From Vulcanimicrobiales bacterium (GTDB lineage Bacteria > Vulcanimicrobiota > Vulcanimicrobiia > Vulcanimicrobiales > Vulcanimicrobiaceae): 64,000 nt of DNA. Of the stretch, positions 10,472 to 18,711 are shown piece by piece. Location: NCBI GenBank assembly GCA_038215615.1, contig JBBQQR010000004.1:64001-128000 (forward strand), written 5' to 3'. A program made the position numbers and the translations under genes. How positions within the stretch are numbered: the stretch's first letter is position 1; every line of letters begins with the position of its first letter. The notes beneath the pieces were generated by a model. The model worked only from the letters and a program-made list of their open reading frames with translations, was not told where the DNA came from and made no database searches.

Positions 10472-10905
10472 AGCGAACCCTTGTTGGCGCGCGCCATCAC
10501 TTCGTTGAGCGTGAGGATCTCAATCTTCTCCGACTCGCGGATGTACGAGCGGAACTCTTGCGAGAGATAGAACGCCACGAGCCCTGAAGTAAAACCGCTC
10601 CCGCCGATGACGATGTACGCTTTGTCATAGCTCGGATTCTCGCGCAGCGCGTGCAGCAGTTTGATCACTTCGTAGGGGACTTTCTCTTCGGCGCTGCCGG
10701 CGGTCTGCTGCCATTTCAGCGAAACGAGAAAGCGCGAACCGTTGGGGCGCATGCCGACCAAGTCGGCGCGATGTCTTCCACCGCCCGGCTTACTTCCGAC
10801 GACAACTTGTTTTTCGACCGCGTAACTATTGTTGAGCAGCACGGCTTCGACGCCCGCTTCGAGGGTGGACCCGGTCTTCGTGCCGAGGCTGCCCGGAAAA
10901 AGCAT
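10468..10905 (-). CDS. small PD-(D/E)xK-type nuclease, probable restriction endonuclease
   Basis: TGSTLE...ADLV...VSLKWQQTAGSAEEK; TGATG-coupled to the methylase. Confidence 0.65.
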   Translation of the reverse strand: MLFPGSLGTKTGSTLEAGVEAVLLNNSYAVEKQVVVGSKPGGGRHRADLVGMRPNGSRFLVSLKWQQTAGSAEEKVPYEVIKLLHALRENPSYDKAYIVIGGSGFTSGLVAFYLSQEFRSYIRESEKIEILTLNEVMARANKGSL

Positions 10906-11720
10906 CAGAGGTTACGCGTGGCCAGCATCTCGCGCGCGTCGTCGCGATTGCCGTCGCAACTGATGCGGCGCGGTGCGTCCAGGATTTCCACGTCAAATCC
11001 GAGTTCGCGGTAGAGCCGCAGGACACGCTTGGTTGCCTGGTTCGAAGCAATGACCGGACCGGGATGAGCCGCAAGGCGCTTGGCGAGCCGTCGCTGATCC
11101 GCCCACGTAAAGCCGCCCGCCGCGTACGAGGTGAACTCGACGTCATAGGGCGGATCGGCGTAGATGAAGTCATCGCCGCGAATATCGATTGCTTCGAAAT
11201 CGCCTTGGACGATCTCGTAACGCGACAGCGTCGGACGGTACGGCAGAAAGTCTTTGTGACATTCGACGTGTTTGTAACGGCCGAAGGGTACGTTAAAAAA
11301 ACCGCGCGCGTTGAAGCGGCAGAGTCCGTTGTAACCGGTGCGGTTGAGGTAGTAGAAAAGCGCGGCGGCTTCGGCCGTTTCGCCTTCGTCTTTACGAATC
11401 AATTCGTTAAAGCGCGCGCGGTTGTGGGCGTAGATCTCGCGATCGTTTTTCAGCGAGACGCCGGTGGAACGCAAATCTAAGCCCCGCTGCAGCCAACGGT
11501 AGAATGAGATCAGGTGGGGATTCACGTCGCCTAAAAGCGCACGCCGCGGCAACAGTCCGAGCGTCACGGCCATTCCGCCCGCGAACGGCTCGACGAGACG
11601 GCGCTCGCGGTGTTCCGCCCACGTTTGGAGCAAATGGGGCACGAGCCAGCGCTTCCCGCCGGCCCATTTTAGCGGCGGGGAAAGCGCTACGGAGGCGATT
11701 TCCTCGACTGCGACGGCCAT
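10905..11720 (-). CDS. Dam-family (D12 class) N6-adenine DNA methyltransferase
   Basis: PPLKWAGGK, EPFAGG, YLNRTGYNGLCRFN and YADPPY motifs. Confidence 0.93.
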   Translation of the reverse strand: MAVAVEEIASVALSPPLKWAGGKRWLVPHLLQTWAEHRERRLVEPFAGGMAVTLGLLPRRALLGDVNPHLISFYRWLQRGLDLRSTGVSLKNDREIYAHNRARFNELIRKDEGETAEAAALFYYLNRTGYNGLCRFNARGFFNVPFGRYKHVECHKDFLPYRPTLSRYEIVQGDFEAIDIRGDDFIYADPPYDVEFTSYAAGGFTWADQRRLAKRLAAHPGPVIASNQATKRVLRLYRELGFDVEILDAPRRISCDGNRDDAREMLATRNL

Positions 11721-11832
11721 GGCCCAATTATTGCCGGGCAGGGTGCCAGCTGCCTGTCACTCTGCAGAGGGGTTCGGCGAAACTTTGCAGGCCGCAGGGG
11801 CGTTGGTCGCAAGGGAGAAAGGATTCCGCCGC

Positions 11833-11908
11833 GCCGACGTAGCTCAGTTGGTAGAGTGCAGCTTTCGTAAAGCTGATGTCGTCGGTTCGAATCCGACCGT
11901 CGGCTCCA
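11833..11908 (+). tRNA. tRNA-Thr(CGT)
   Basis: 76 nt cloverleaf: GCCGACG acceptor, D-arm GCTCAGTTGGTAGAGT, anticodon arm CAGCT-TTCGTAA-AGCTG, GGTTCGAATCC T-arm, encoded CCA. Confidence 0.96.
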
Positions 11909-11918
11909 TCTAAAAAAT

Positions 11919-11947
11919 GCAACACAAATCGTGTTGCGTTTTTCTTT
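11919..11947 (+). terminator. intrinsic terminator after the tRNA
   Basis: GCAACAC-AAATC-GTGTTGC followed by GTTTTTCTTT. Confidence 0.7.
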
Positions 11948-11988
11948 GTGCCATACAGGTGGCACTATCAATCCGTATCATCGATACT

Positions 11989-12510
11989 ATGAGAAACATA
12001 ATTTGCAGACGGCCCGGCTGCGACAACCTCGTCAAGAAGGGCGCGACATCCTATTGCTCCCAGCGGTGCCAATTCGACTTTCTTTACGACGAGTTTATTC
12101 GTAAATGGAAACTCGGCGAAATCGATGGTTCCAGCCGAAACCTTGATGGACCGCGATCGCGCGTCCGGCGATATCTTATGGAATCGACCGGTTACACATG
12201 TAGCGTCTGCGGATGGGGCGAGCGCAACCCGAGAACAGGGCGCGTCCCATTGCACGTAGACCACATCGACGGAAACGCGCGGAACAATAGGCCAGAAAAT
12301 CTGCGACTACTTTGCCCCAACCATCATTCTTTGACCGAAACCTTCGGAAATGCCAATAAAGGTAACGGACGCGCCCTTCGGCGCGCCCGCTATATCAAGG
12401 GAATCGACGGCGTTCACTTTTCGCCGCTGATCTTGCCGCAGCGGCGCGGTCGCTTTAGGGCTCGTAGTGGAAGCGCTGCACGAAGGCGGTTGCGGGCGCC
12501 GTTGCAGTAG
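11989..12510 (+). CDS. HNH endonuclease with N-terminal Zn-finger
   Basis: CxxxxC...YCSQRC, CSVCG, LHVDHIDGN..NN.PENLRLLCPNHH; likely ATG at 11989. Confidence 0.9.
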   Translation: MRNIICRRPGCDNLVKKGATSYCSQRCQFDFLYDEFIRKWKLGEIDGSSRNLDGPRSRVRRYLMESTGYTCSVCGWGERNPRTGRVPLHVDHIDGNARNNRPENLRLLCPNHHSLTETFGNANKGNGRALRRARYIKGIDGVHFSPLILPQRRGRFRARSGSAARRRLRAPLQ

Positions 12511-13372
12511 GACGCGTTCCCCAAACGGCCCAAATATCGCCGGTTTTTGGATCGATCGCGACCGTGTGCGGTCCGGGCGTCATCGGCAACGTGCCGAGGA
12601 TCGTCGCCGGTCCGTTCTGATTGATTTTGAGCAACGTGATCCCGTTGCCCGCGCACGCCATCATCTGGCGCGACACGTCGAGATCGCACTGATCGACTCG
12701 TGACGGGTAATCGATCGTCCACAGCAGTTTTCCGGCAGTCGAGTACCCCGACATCTTGTTATTCGAGCCGGCCACGAGCAGCATATTGAAGGGCGCGTCG
12801 TACTGCAGCGGATGGTTATGCTTGATCTCCGGCGTCGAAATCGTGCGCGTCAGCTGCATTCTGCGCCCATCGATAACGGCGATCTCGCTCTCGCTATCGA
12901 TGTTCTGATAAATCTCGTGCGTGGCCGGATTGATCTGCAGATACTCCGGCTTGTGGCCCGGAACGACAATCGTCCCGATCTGCTTGAAGGTCTTCGAGTC
13001 GATCACGAAAATTCGCGTACCGTCGTCTTCATCGCCATAGATCCGGCCGAGCTGCCCATCGTAAGCGATTGCGTCGACGGGACCGGCAACCGCCACGCGC
13101 GCAATTTCTTTCAGCGTCACCGGATCGACCTCCGACAGCGCTTTTGCGCCGCCGTTGCCCGTGTACACATGGCCGCTCGTCGCATTGGGAGCCGATCCGG
13201 CGACGCCGCCCAGCTGGACAGTACCAGCGACGGCACCCGTGTCGGCATCTATGATCATAAGCACCGCGCCGTGCGCCGCATAGATGCGGCGGTGCAACGA
13301 ATCCACCGTCACGTAATCGAAACCGCCGGGCGGTGTTACCGCTACGGGCGGAGCTGCAGCTACAATAGGCAT
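12455..13372 (-). CDS. YncE/YVTN-like beta-propeller protein
   Basis: GGFDYVTVD, DAIAYD and HTVAIDPKT repeats. Confidence 0.75.
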   Translation of the reverse strand: MPIVAAAPPVAVTPPGGFDYVTVDSLHRRIYAAHGAVLMIIDADTGAVAGTVQLGGVAGSAPNATSGHVYTGNGGAKALSEVDPVTLKEIARVAVAGPVDAIAYDGQLGRIYGDEDDGTRIFVIDSKTFKQIGTIVVPGHKPEYLQINPATHEIYQNIDSESEIAVIDGRRMQLTRTISTPEIKHNHPLQYDAPFNMLLVAGSNNKMSGYSTAGKLLWTIDYPSRVDQCDLDVSRQMMACAGNGITLLKINQNGPATILGTLPMTPGPHTVAIDPKTGDIWAVWGTRPTATAPATAFVQRFHYEP

Positions 13373-13374
13373 CT

Positions 13375-13632
13375 CTACTCCTTCTTATCGTTATCGTGGA
13401 ACGTCCCGCGCTTGGCTCCGGCATCGAGCTCTAAATCGTCCAAAAAATAATAGACGATCTTCCGGTCGTCGAAGCCGACCTTCGCCAGTTCGCGTCCGTT
13501 GAGCGTCACCACCTCGTGGATGTGGCCGGTCTTGCCCGCATACGTGTAGTTGACGGCGGTGTAGCCGGCGTCATCGGGTTTGGGCCGGGGAACGGCTTTG
13601 ACGCCGCGCAGCGGGGTGTTATGGCGGTGCAT
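13375..13632 (-). CDS. small hypothetical protein (85 aa, SH3/KOW-like beta pattern)
   Basis: MHRHNTPLRG...YAGKTGHIHEVV...AKVGFDDRKIVYYFLDDLEL; stop 2 nt before the next gene's ATG. Confidence 0.65.
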   Translation of the reverse strand: MHRHNTPLRGVKAVPRPKPDDAGYTAVNYTYAGKTGHIHEVVTLNGRELAKVGFDDRKIVYYFLDDLELDAGAKRGTFHDNDKKE

Positions 13633-13650
13633 CAGAACCTGTCGCTTTCT

Positions 13651-14205
13651 ATGGAACAAGCCACGATCATTGAGTACAACGGGAAGCGCCCGAAAGTGGA
13701 CCCCTCGGCCTTTATCGCCCCAACCGCGGTGCTGATCGGCGACGTCGTCATCGGGGCCGAGTCGAGCATTTGGTTCGGCGCGGTGCTGCGCGGCGACAAT
13801 GGTCCGATCCGCATCGGTGCGCGCACGTCGATCCAAGACAACGCCGTGATTCACGTCAGCGAAGGCGGCCTCACGCAGATCGACGACGATGTCACGGTCG
13901 GCCACGCAGCTATCATGGAAGACTGTCACATCAAATCTCACGCGCTGATCGGGAGCAATGCGGTCGTGCTCACCAACGCGACGGTCGGCGAGCGCTCGCT
14001 CGTTGCGGCGGGCAGCGTCGTCGGCGAGGGTTCGGAGATTCCCGACGGCGTGCTGGTTGCCGGCTCTCCGGCCAAGGTAAAAAAGCAACTGGACGGCGAG
14101 TCGGCCAAGTGGATCGCGATCAGCGCGCGCGAGTATGTAAAGCTTTCCCGGTCCTACCGCTCCCAGGGCATCGGAATGCGTGAGGAGCAGCGCTCGCCAC
14201 GTTAG
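13651..14205 (+). CDS. gamma-carbonic anhydrase family (hexapeptide repeat) protein
   Basis: AFIAPTAVLIGDV, WFGAVLRGD, IQDNAVIH and VTVGH motifs. Confidence 0.88.
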   Translation: MEQATIIEYNGKRPKVDPSAFIAPTAVLIGDVVIGAESSIWFGAVLRGDNGPIRIGARTSIQDNAVIHVSEGGLTQIDDDVTVGHAAIMEDCHIKSHALIGSNAVVLTNATVGERSLVAAGSVVGEGSEIPDGVLVAGSPAKVKKQLDGESAKWIAISAREYVKLSRSYRSQGIGMREEQRSPR

Positions 14206-14257
14206 GTCCCGCAGCCGATGGGTACTCCCTAGTACACAGAAAATGAGGGAGACTCCA

Positions 14258-14446
14258 ATGGCCGACCGCCAGCACAACGAAGAAAACATCTCAAAACGGC
14301 TAGCAAGCTTGATCGTGACGCGCAGCCCCTCCAGCCGCGGGGAAATTCCGGAAGATCATTTGGCCGAAGGCGACGCAGACGACCGCGCGCGCGGCTCACA
14401 GCCGGTCGAGCAAGGCGACACGAGGGAAGTCGACCAGCAGGTTTAG
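14258..14446 (+). CDS. small hydrophilic hypothetical protein (62 aa)
   Basis: GAGGGAGA RBS before ATG; followed by a hairpin. Confidence 0.55.
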   Translation: MADRQHNEENISKRLASLIVTRSPSSRGEIPEDHLAEGDADDRARGSQPVEQGDTREVDQQV

Positions 14447-14454
14447 CAGCCGGC

Positions 14455-14489
14455 GGACGGCGAGCGCTAGGCGAACGCGCTCGCCGTCC
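14455..14489. other. 13-bp perfect inverted repeat (hairpin) upstream of the oxidoreductase operon
   Basis: GGACGGCGAGCGC-9nt-GCGCTCGCCGTCC. Confidence 0.75.
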
Positions 14490-14503
14490 CGAAGAATTCG
14501 GCC

Positions 14504-16309
14504 GTGCAAGTCAACGATTTGACGATCCGCGCCGCAACGGTGAACGGCTCGGGTAGTCAGTCCGCGAATTTGGTTTTAGCCAACGCGATTTTTCGTTTGG
14601 GCATTCCCGTCGCCCCCAAAAACGTTTTTCCTTCGAACATCGAGGGGTTGCCGACATGGTTCGATGTGCGCGTCTCGCCGCAAGGCTACCAATGCCGCAG
14701 CAGCAGCATCGATATTTTGCTCGCGCTTAACGCCGCGACGTGGCACGCCGACGTCCGCGACGTAAAATCCGGCGGCGCGATCCTGTACGAAGAGACGCTC
14801 GCGGTGACCGGCGCTACGAAACGCGACGACGTCACGTACTATCCGGTTCCATTTGCGAAGTTGGCGAAAGAGAACATCTCCAACGCCGACCTGCGCAAGT
14901 ATTTGACGAACATGATCTACGTCGGTGCGCTCGCGCAGTTGCTGGGCATCGGCGAAGATGCCATCGAGGCAGCACTGCGGGCGCAATTTCGCACCAAACT
15001 AAAAGCGGTCGACATCAACATGGATGCGGTCCGGCTCGGCGCCAGTTACGCGCGCGAGAACTTGCCTAAGACCGATCCATACAAGCTCGAACCGATGCCC
15101 GGAAACAACGATGGGTTGATCTTGATGGAAGGTAACTCTGCCGCGGCGTTGGGCTGCGTGATGGCCGGCTGCACCGTGGCCGCGTGGTATCCGATCACGC
15201 CCTCCTCCTCGCTCTGCGAATCATTCATCGCTTATTGCGATCGCTACCGCGTCGACAAGGAAACCGGCGAACGAAAAGTCGCCGTGCTGCAGGCTGAAGA
15301 CGAACTTGCCGCCATCGGCATGGTCTTCGGCGCGACCTGGGCCGGCGCGCGCGCGATGACATCGACCTCGGGGCCGGGCCTCTCACTGATGGCGGAATTT
15401 GCCGGACTGGGCTATTATGCGGAACTTCCGGGCGTGATTTTTGACGTGCAGCGCGCAGGCCCGTCGACCGGCTTGCCGACGCGCACGATGCAGGGCGACG
15501 TCGCCTTCGCCTACACCCTTTCGCACGGCGATACCAAACATATCGTACTGCTCCCAGCCACGCCGATCGAAGCCTACGAGTTTGCAAGCCACGCTTTCGA
15601 TCTTGCCGACCGCTTCCAGACGCCGGTCTTCGTGCTCAGCGATCTCGATCTCGGAATGAATCTGTGGATGACCAAGCCGCTGCCGTATCCCGAGCTCGGC
15701 TTCGACCGCGGAAAAATTTTGGGCGCGACCGAGTTGGACGCGGTGCAATCATGGGGACGTTATCGCGACGTCGACTCTGACGGCATCCCCTATCGCACGC
15801 TTCCCGGAACCGAACATGCTAACGCCGGCTATTTCACGCGCGGCTCCGGCCATAACGAAACCGCACATTATTCGGAAGATCCCAACGTCTATCGCAACAA
15901 TTTGGACCGCCTCACGCGCAAATTCGATACCGCGCGTGCCGCGGTACCCAAAGCGATCGTCGAAGAGAGCGGCAAACCGTGCGGACTAATCGCATTCGGC
16001 ACGACGCACCATGCGATAGTTGAAGCGCGCGCGCAGCTCCGCGAAGCCGGCGTCGAAACGGATTATCTGCGGGTGCGCGCGCTGCCGCTGAGCGCAGACG
16101 TCGCAGCCTTCATCGGGCGGCACGAACGTGTCTACGTCGTCGAGCAAAATCGCGACGGGCAACTCTACGGCATTCTTCGCATGGAATTGCCCGCGCACAT
16201 GATCGAGCGGTTGCATTCGGTTCGCCACTACAACGGCGTGCCGATCGACGCGTCGGCGATCTTCGAACCTTTGCTGCAAGCCGAACAAACGGAACTCGTA
16301 CCTGCATGA
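14504..16309 (+). CDS. 2-oxoacid:ferredoxin oxidoreductase alpha subunit
   Basis: NGSGSQS, WYPITPSS, QAEDELAA, TSGPG, QRAGPSTGLPT and VVEQN motifs. Confidence 0.93.
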   Translation: MQVNDLTIRAATVNGSGSQSANLVLANAIFRLGIPVAPKNVFPSNIEGLPTWFDVRVSPQGYQCRSSSIDILLALNAATWHADVRDVKSGGAILYEETLAVTGATKRDDVTYYPVPFAKLAKENISNADLRKYLTNMIYVGALAQLLGIGEDAIEAALRAQFRTKLKAVDINMDAVRLGASYARENLPKTDPYKLEPMPGNNDGLILMEGNSAAALGCVMAGCTVAAWYPITPSSSLCESFIAYCDRYRVDKETGERKVAVLQAEDELAAIGMVFGATWAGARAMTSTSGPGLSLMAEFAGLGYYAELPGVIFDVQRAGPSTGLPTRTMQGDVAFAYTLSHGDTKHIVLLPATPIEAYEFASHAFDLADRFQTPVFVLSDLDLGMNLWMTKPLPYPELGFDRGKILGATELDAVQSWGRYRDVDSDGIPYRTLPGTEHANAGYFTRGSGHNETAHYSEDPNVYRNNLDRLTRKFDTARAAVPKAIVEESGKPCGLIAFGTTHHAIVEARAQLREAGVETDYLRVRALPLSADVAAFIGRHERVYVVEQNRDGQLYGILRMELPAHMIERLHSVRHYNGVPIDASAIFEPLLQAEQTELVPA

Positions 16310-17343
16310 GCAGCGGCGCACCTCCGGTAAACGTCAATTCCGCCGGCCTCTCTCGCGAGGTCTATAAAGGATTGCCCAGCACGCTGTGCGCCGGCTGCGG
16401 GCACAACTCGATCACCAATCACCTGATCAAAGCGCTGTTCGAGTACGGCGTACAGCCGCACAAGCTCGCGAAGATGAGCGGCATCGGCTGCTCCTCGAAA
16501 ACACCGGCCTATTTCGTCGAACGCGCGCACGGTTTTAACGGCGTGCATGGACGCATGCCTTCTCTCGCTACGGGCGCGAAGATCGCCAACCGCGAGTTGA
16601 TGGTGCTCGGCATCAGCGGCGACGGCGACACGGCCAGCATCGGCTTGGGCCAATACTGCCACATGATCCGGCGCAACGTCGACTGCACCTACATTATTGA
16701 AGACAACGGCTGCTACGGATTGACCAAGGGGCAGTTTTCAGCCACCGCCGACCGCGGCTCAGTACTCAAGAAAGGCCAAGTCAACGAGCTTGAGACGATC
16801 GACGTGTGCGGCTTGGCGATTGAGCTCGGCGCCACGTTCGTCGCGCGCTCTTTTTCGGGCGACGGCAAACAGCTGATTCCGCTCCTGCAGGCCGCGTTCT
16901 CGCATCGCGGCACAGCTGTGCTCGACATTATCAGCCCGTGCGTGACGTTCAACGATCACGAAGGCTCGACCAAGAGCTACGCCTACGTCAAGGAGCACCA
17001 CGCAATTTTGCACACGCCCGACTATATCGTCGGCGGACGCGAGATCGTTGTGGATTACGAGCCCGGGACGGTCAAGGAAGTGCAGTTCGACGACGGCTCG
17101 CGCATCTTGCTGCGCAAACTTGAGGTCGAATACGATCCGGCCAATCGCGTCGGCGCGCTCACCGTCCTAAACGAGGCGCGCGACCGCGGAGAGCTCGTTA
17201 CGGGCTTGCTGTATGTCGATGTGAAGGCCCGCGATCTCTGCGAACGCGAAAAACTTCCGCAGAGGCCGCTCGCGCAGCTCGCAGAAGACGATCTTCGCAT
17301 CTCGCGCGATGATTGGAAACAGCTGATGGAGTCTTTCGGTTAG
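16306..17343 (+). CDS. 2-oxoacid:ferredoxin oxidoreductase beta subunit
   Basis: CAGCGH, SGIGCS, VHGR, GDGD (TPP), YGLTKGQ and SPCVTFN motifs. Confidence 0.93.
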   Translation: MSSGAPPVNVNSAGLSREVYKGLPSTLCAGCGHNSITNHLIKALFEYGVQPHKLAKMSGIGCSSKTPAYFVERAHGFNGVHGRMPSLATGAKIANRELMVLGISGDGDTASIGLGQYCHMIRRNVDCTYIIEDNGCYGLTKGQFSATADRGSVLKKGQVNELETIDVCGLAIELGATFVARSFSGDGKQLIPLLQAAFSHRGTAVLDIISPCVTFNDHEGSTKSYAYVKEHHAILHTPDYIVGGREIVVDYEPGTVKEVQFDDGSRILLRKLEVEYDPANRVGALTVLNEARDRGELVTGLLYVDVKARDLCEREKLPQRPLAQLAEDDLRISRDDWKQLMESFG

Positions 17344-17346
17344 CCG

Positions 17347-18711
17347 TTAGGCCGCTGGAAAGTGCGACTCATCCCCGTACGGTAAGAAGAGCGTGTACTC
17401 GCGCTGGAAGCGTAACTTCACGGTGCCCGTCGGACCGTTACGGTGTTTGGCGATGATAAACTCCGTGAGATCCGGCTCGGCCGCTTCTTCTTTATAATAG
17501 CCTTCGCGGTAGAGAAACGCGACGATATCGGATTCTTGCTCGAGCGAGCCCGAATCCCTCAAGTCCGCCAGCATCGGGCGTTTTTCGGAGCGCGTTTCCA
17601 CGCCGCGGTTGAGTTGCGCGAGCGCGATGACCGGTACGCCGAGATCTTTGGCGGTCGTTTTTAGCGTGCGGCAGATGTCGGAGAGTTCTTCGTTGCGGTT
17701 GGAGTTGCGGCTTAAGACGTTTGGCCTTACCAACTGCAAGTAGTCGATGAAAACAGCCGACAGGCCGGCGCCAGACTGCAGGCGGCGGCACCGGCTGCGA
17801 ATCTCGGCGATCGAGATCGCGCCCGAGTCATCGAGATAAATCGGAAGCTCGTTGAGCACGCCCATCGCGTCGGATATCTTTTCCCAGTGATGCGGCTTGA
17901 TGTTACCGCGGCGCATGTCGTGCATGCTGATATGGGCTTCCGCGCAAATCAAGCGCTGCACGATTTCGTCGTTGGACATTTCCAGTGAGAAAAACGCGAC
18001 CGGCTCGGTCTCCACGCGCGCCGCCGCGACGGCCATGTTGAGCGCAAACGAGGTCTTGCCCATGCCCGGCCGCGCCGCCAGGATGATGAAATTGCCGGGC
18101 TGGAAGCCCGTAGTCATGTCGTCGACGTCCCGAAAGCCTGACGTGAGCCCGGTGAGGCCGCCGCGGCTGTGAAAGAGCTTGTCGATGTTTTCGAAGGCCG
18201 GTTTTAGGAGCTGGCCGACCGGCACGAAGTCGCGATGGAGCTGCCGCCGGCCGATTTCGAAGACCATCTGCTCGCTGCGATCGAGCGCGCCTTCGACGTC
18301 TTCTTCGTTTTCGTAGCCGTACTGGGTGATCTGCGTGCCGGCATGGATCAGTCCGCGCAGTACCGCTTTTTCGCGAACGATCTTCGCGTAGTATGTCGCC
18401 GACGCGGCGGTCTGCACCGTATCCATGAGCGACGAAAGATACGAGATGCCGCCGACCTTCTCGAGCTGGTCGCGCCGCTTGAGCTCCTCGGCGATCGTGA
18501 TCTTGTCGAGCGGTTCGGCGCGATCGTAGAGATGCACGAGCACGGAGTATATCGTCGCGTGCACGTGCGCGTAAAAATCCTCGGAGCGCACGATTTCGCC
18601 GGCTGCACCCATGATCTCGCGGTCGACCAGAATCGAACCCAGCAGCGCCATCTCCGCTTCGAGATTTTGCGGCGGTATACGATCGATGACGGGCAGATGC
18701 GTTACGGTCAT
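17347..18711 (-). CDS. dnaB: replicative DNA helicase
   Basis: PPQNLEAE, ARPGMGKT, FSLEM, IDYLQL, DLRDSGSLEQ and KHRNGP motifs. Confidence 0.97.
   Translation of the reverse strand: MTVTHLPVIDRIPPQNLEAEMALLGSILVDREIMGAAGEIVRSEDFYAHVHATIYSVLVHLYDRAEPLDKITIAEELKRRDQLEKVGGISYLSSLMDTVQTAASATYYAKIVREKAVLRGLIHAGTQITQYGYENEEDVEGALDRSEQMVFEIGRRQLHRDFVPVGQLLKPAFENIDKLFHSRGGLTGLTSGFRDVDDMTTGFQPGNFIILAARPGMGKTSFALNMAVAAARVETEPVAFFSLEMSNDEIVQRLICAEAHISMHDMRRGNIKPHHWEKISDAMGVLNELPIYLDDSGAISIAEIRSRCRRLQSGAGLSAVFIDYLQLVRPNVLSRNSNRNEELSDICRTLKTTAKDLGVPVIALAQLNRGVETRSEKRPMLADLRDSGSLEQESDIVAFLYREGYYKEEAAEPDLTEFIIAKHRNGPTGTVKLRFQREYTLFLPYGDESHFPAA

Noticed and set aside
11833..12510. tRNA-anchored genomic island with attR duplication
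   Set aside because: No second copy of the tRNA 3' end and no integrase seen in the window
13633..14289. 304-aa minus-strand ORF extension
   Set aside because: Antisense to the gamma-carbonic anhydrase gene; only the last 85 codons look like a real gene
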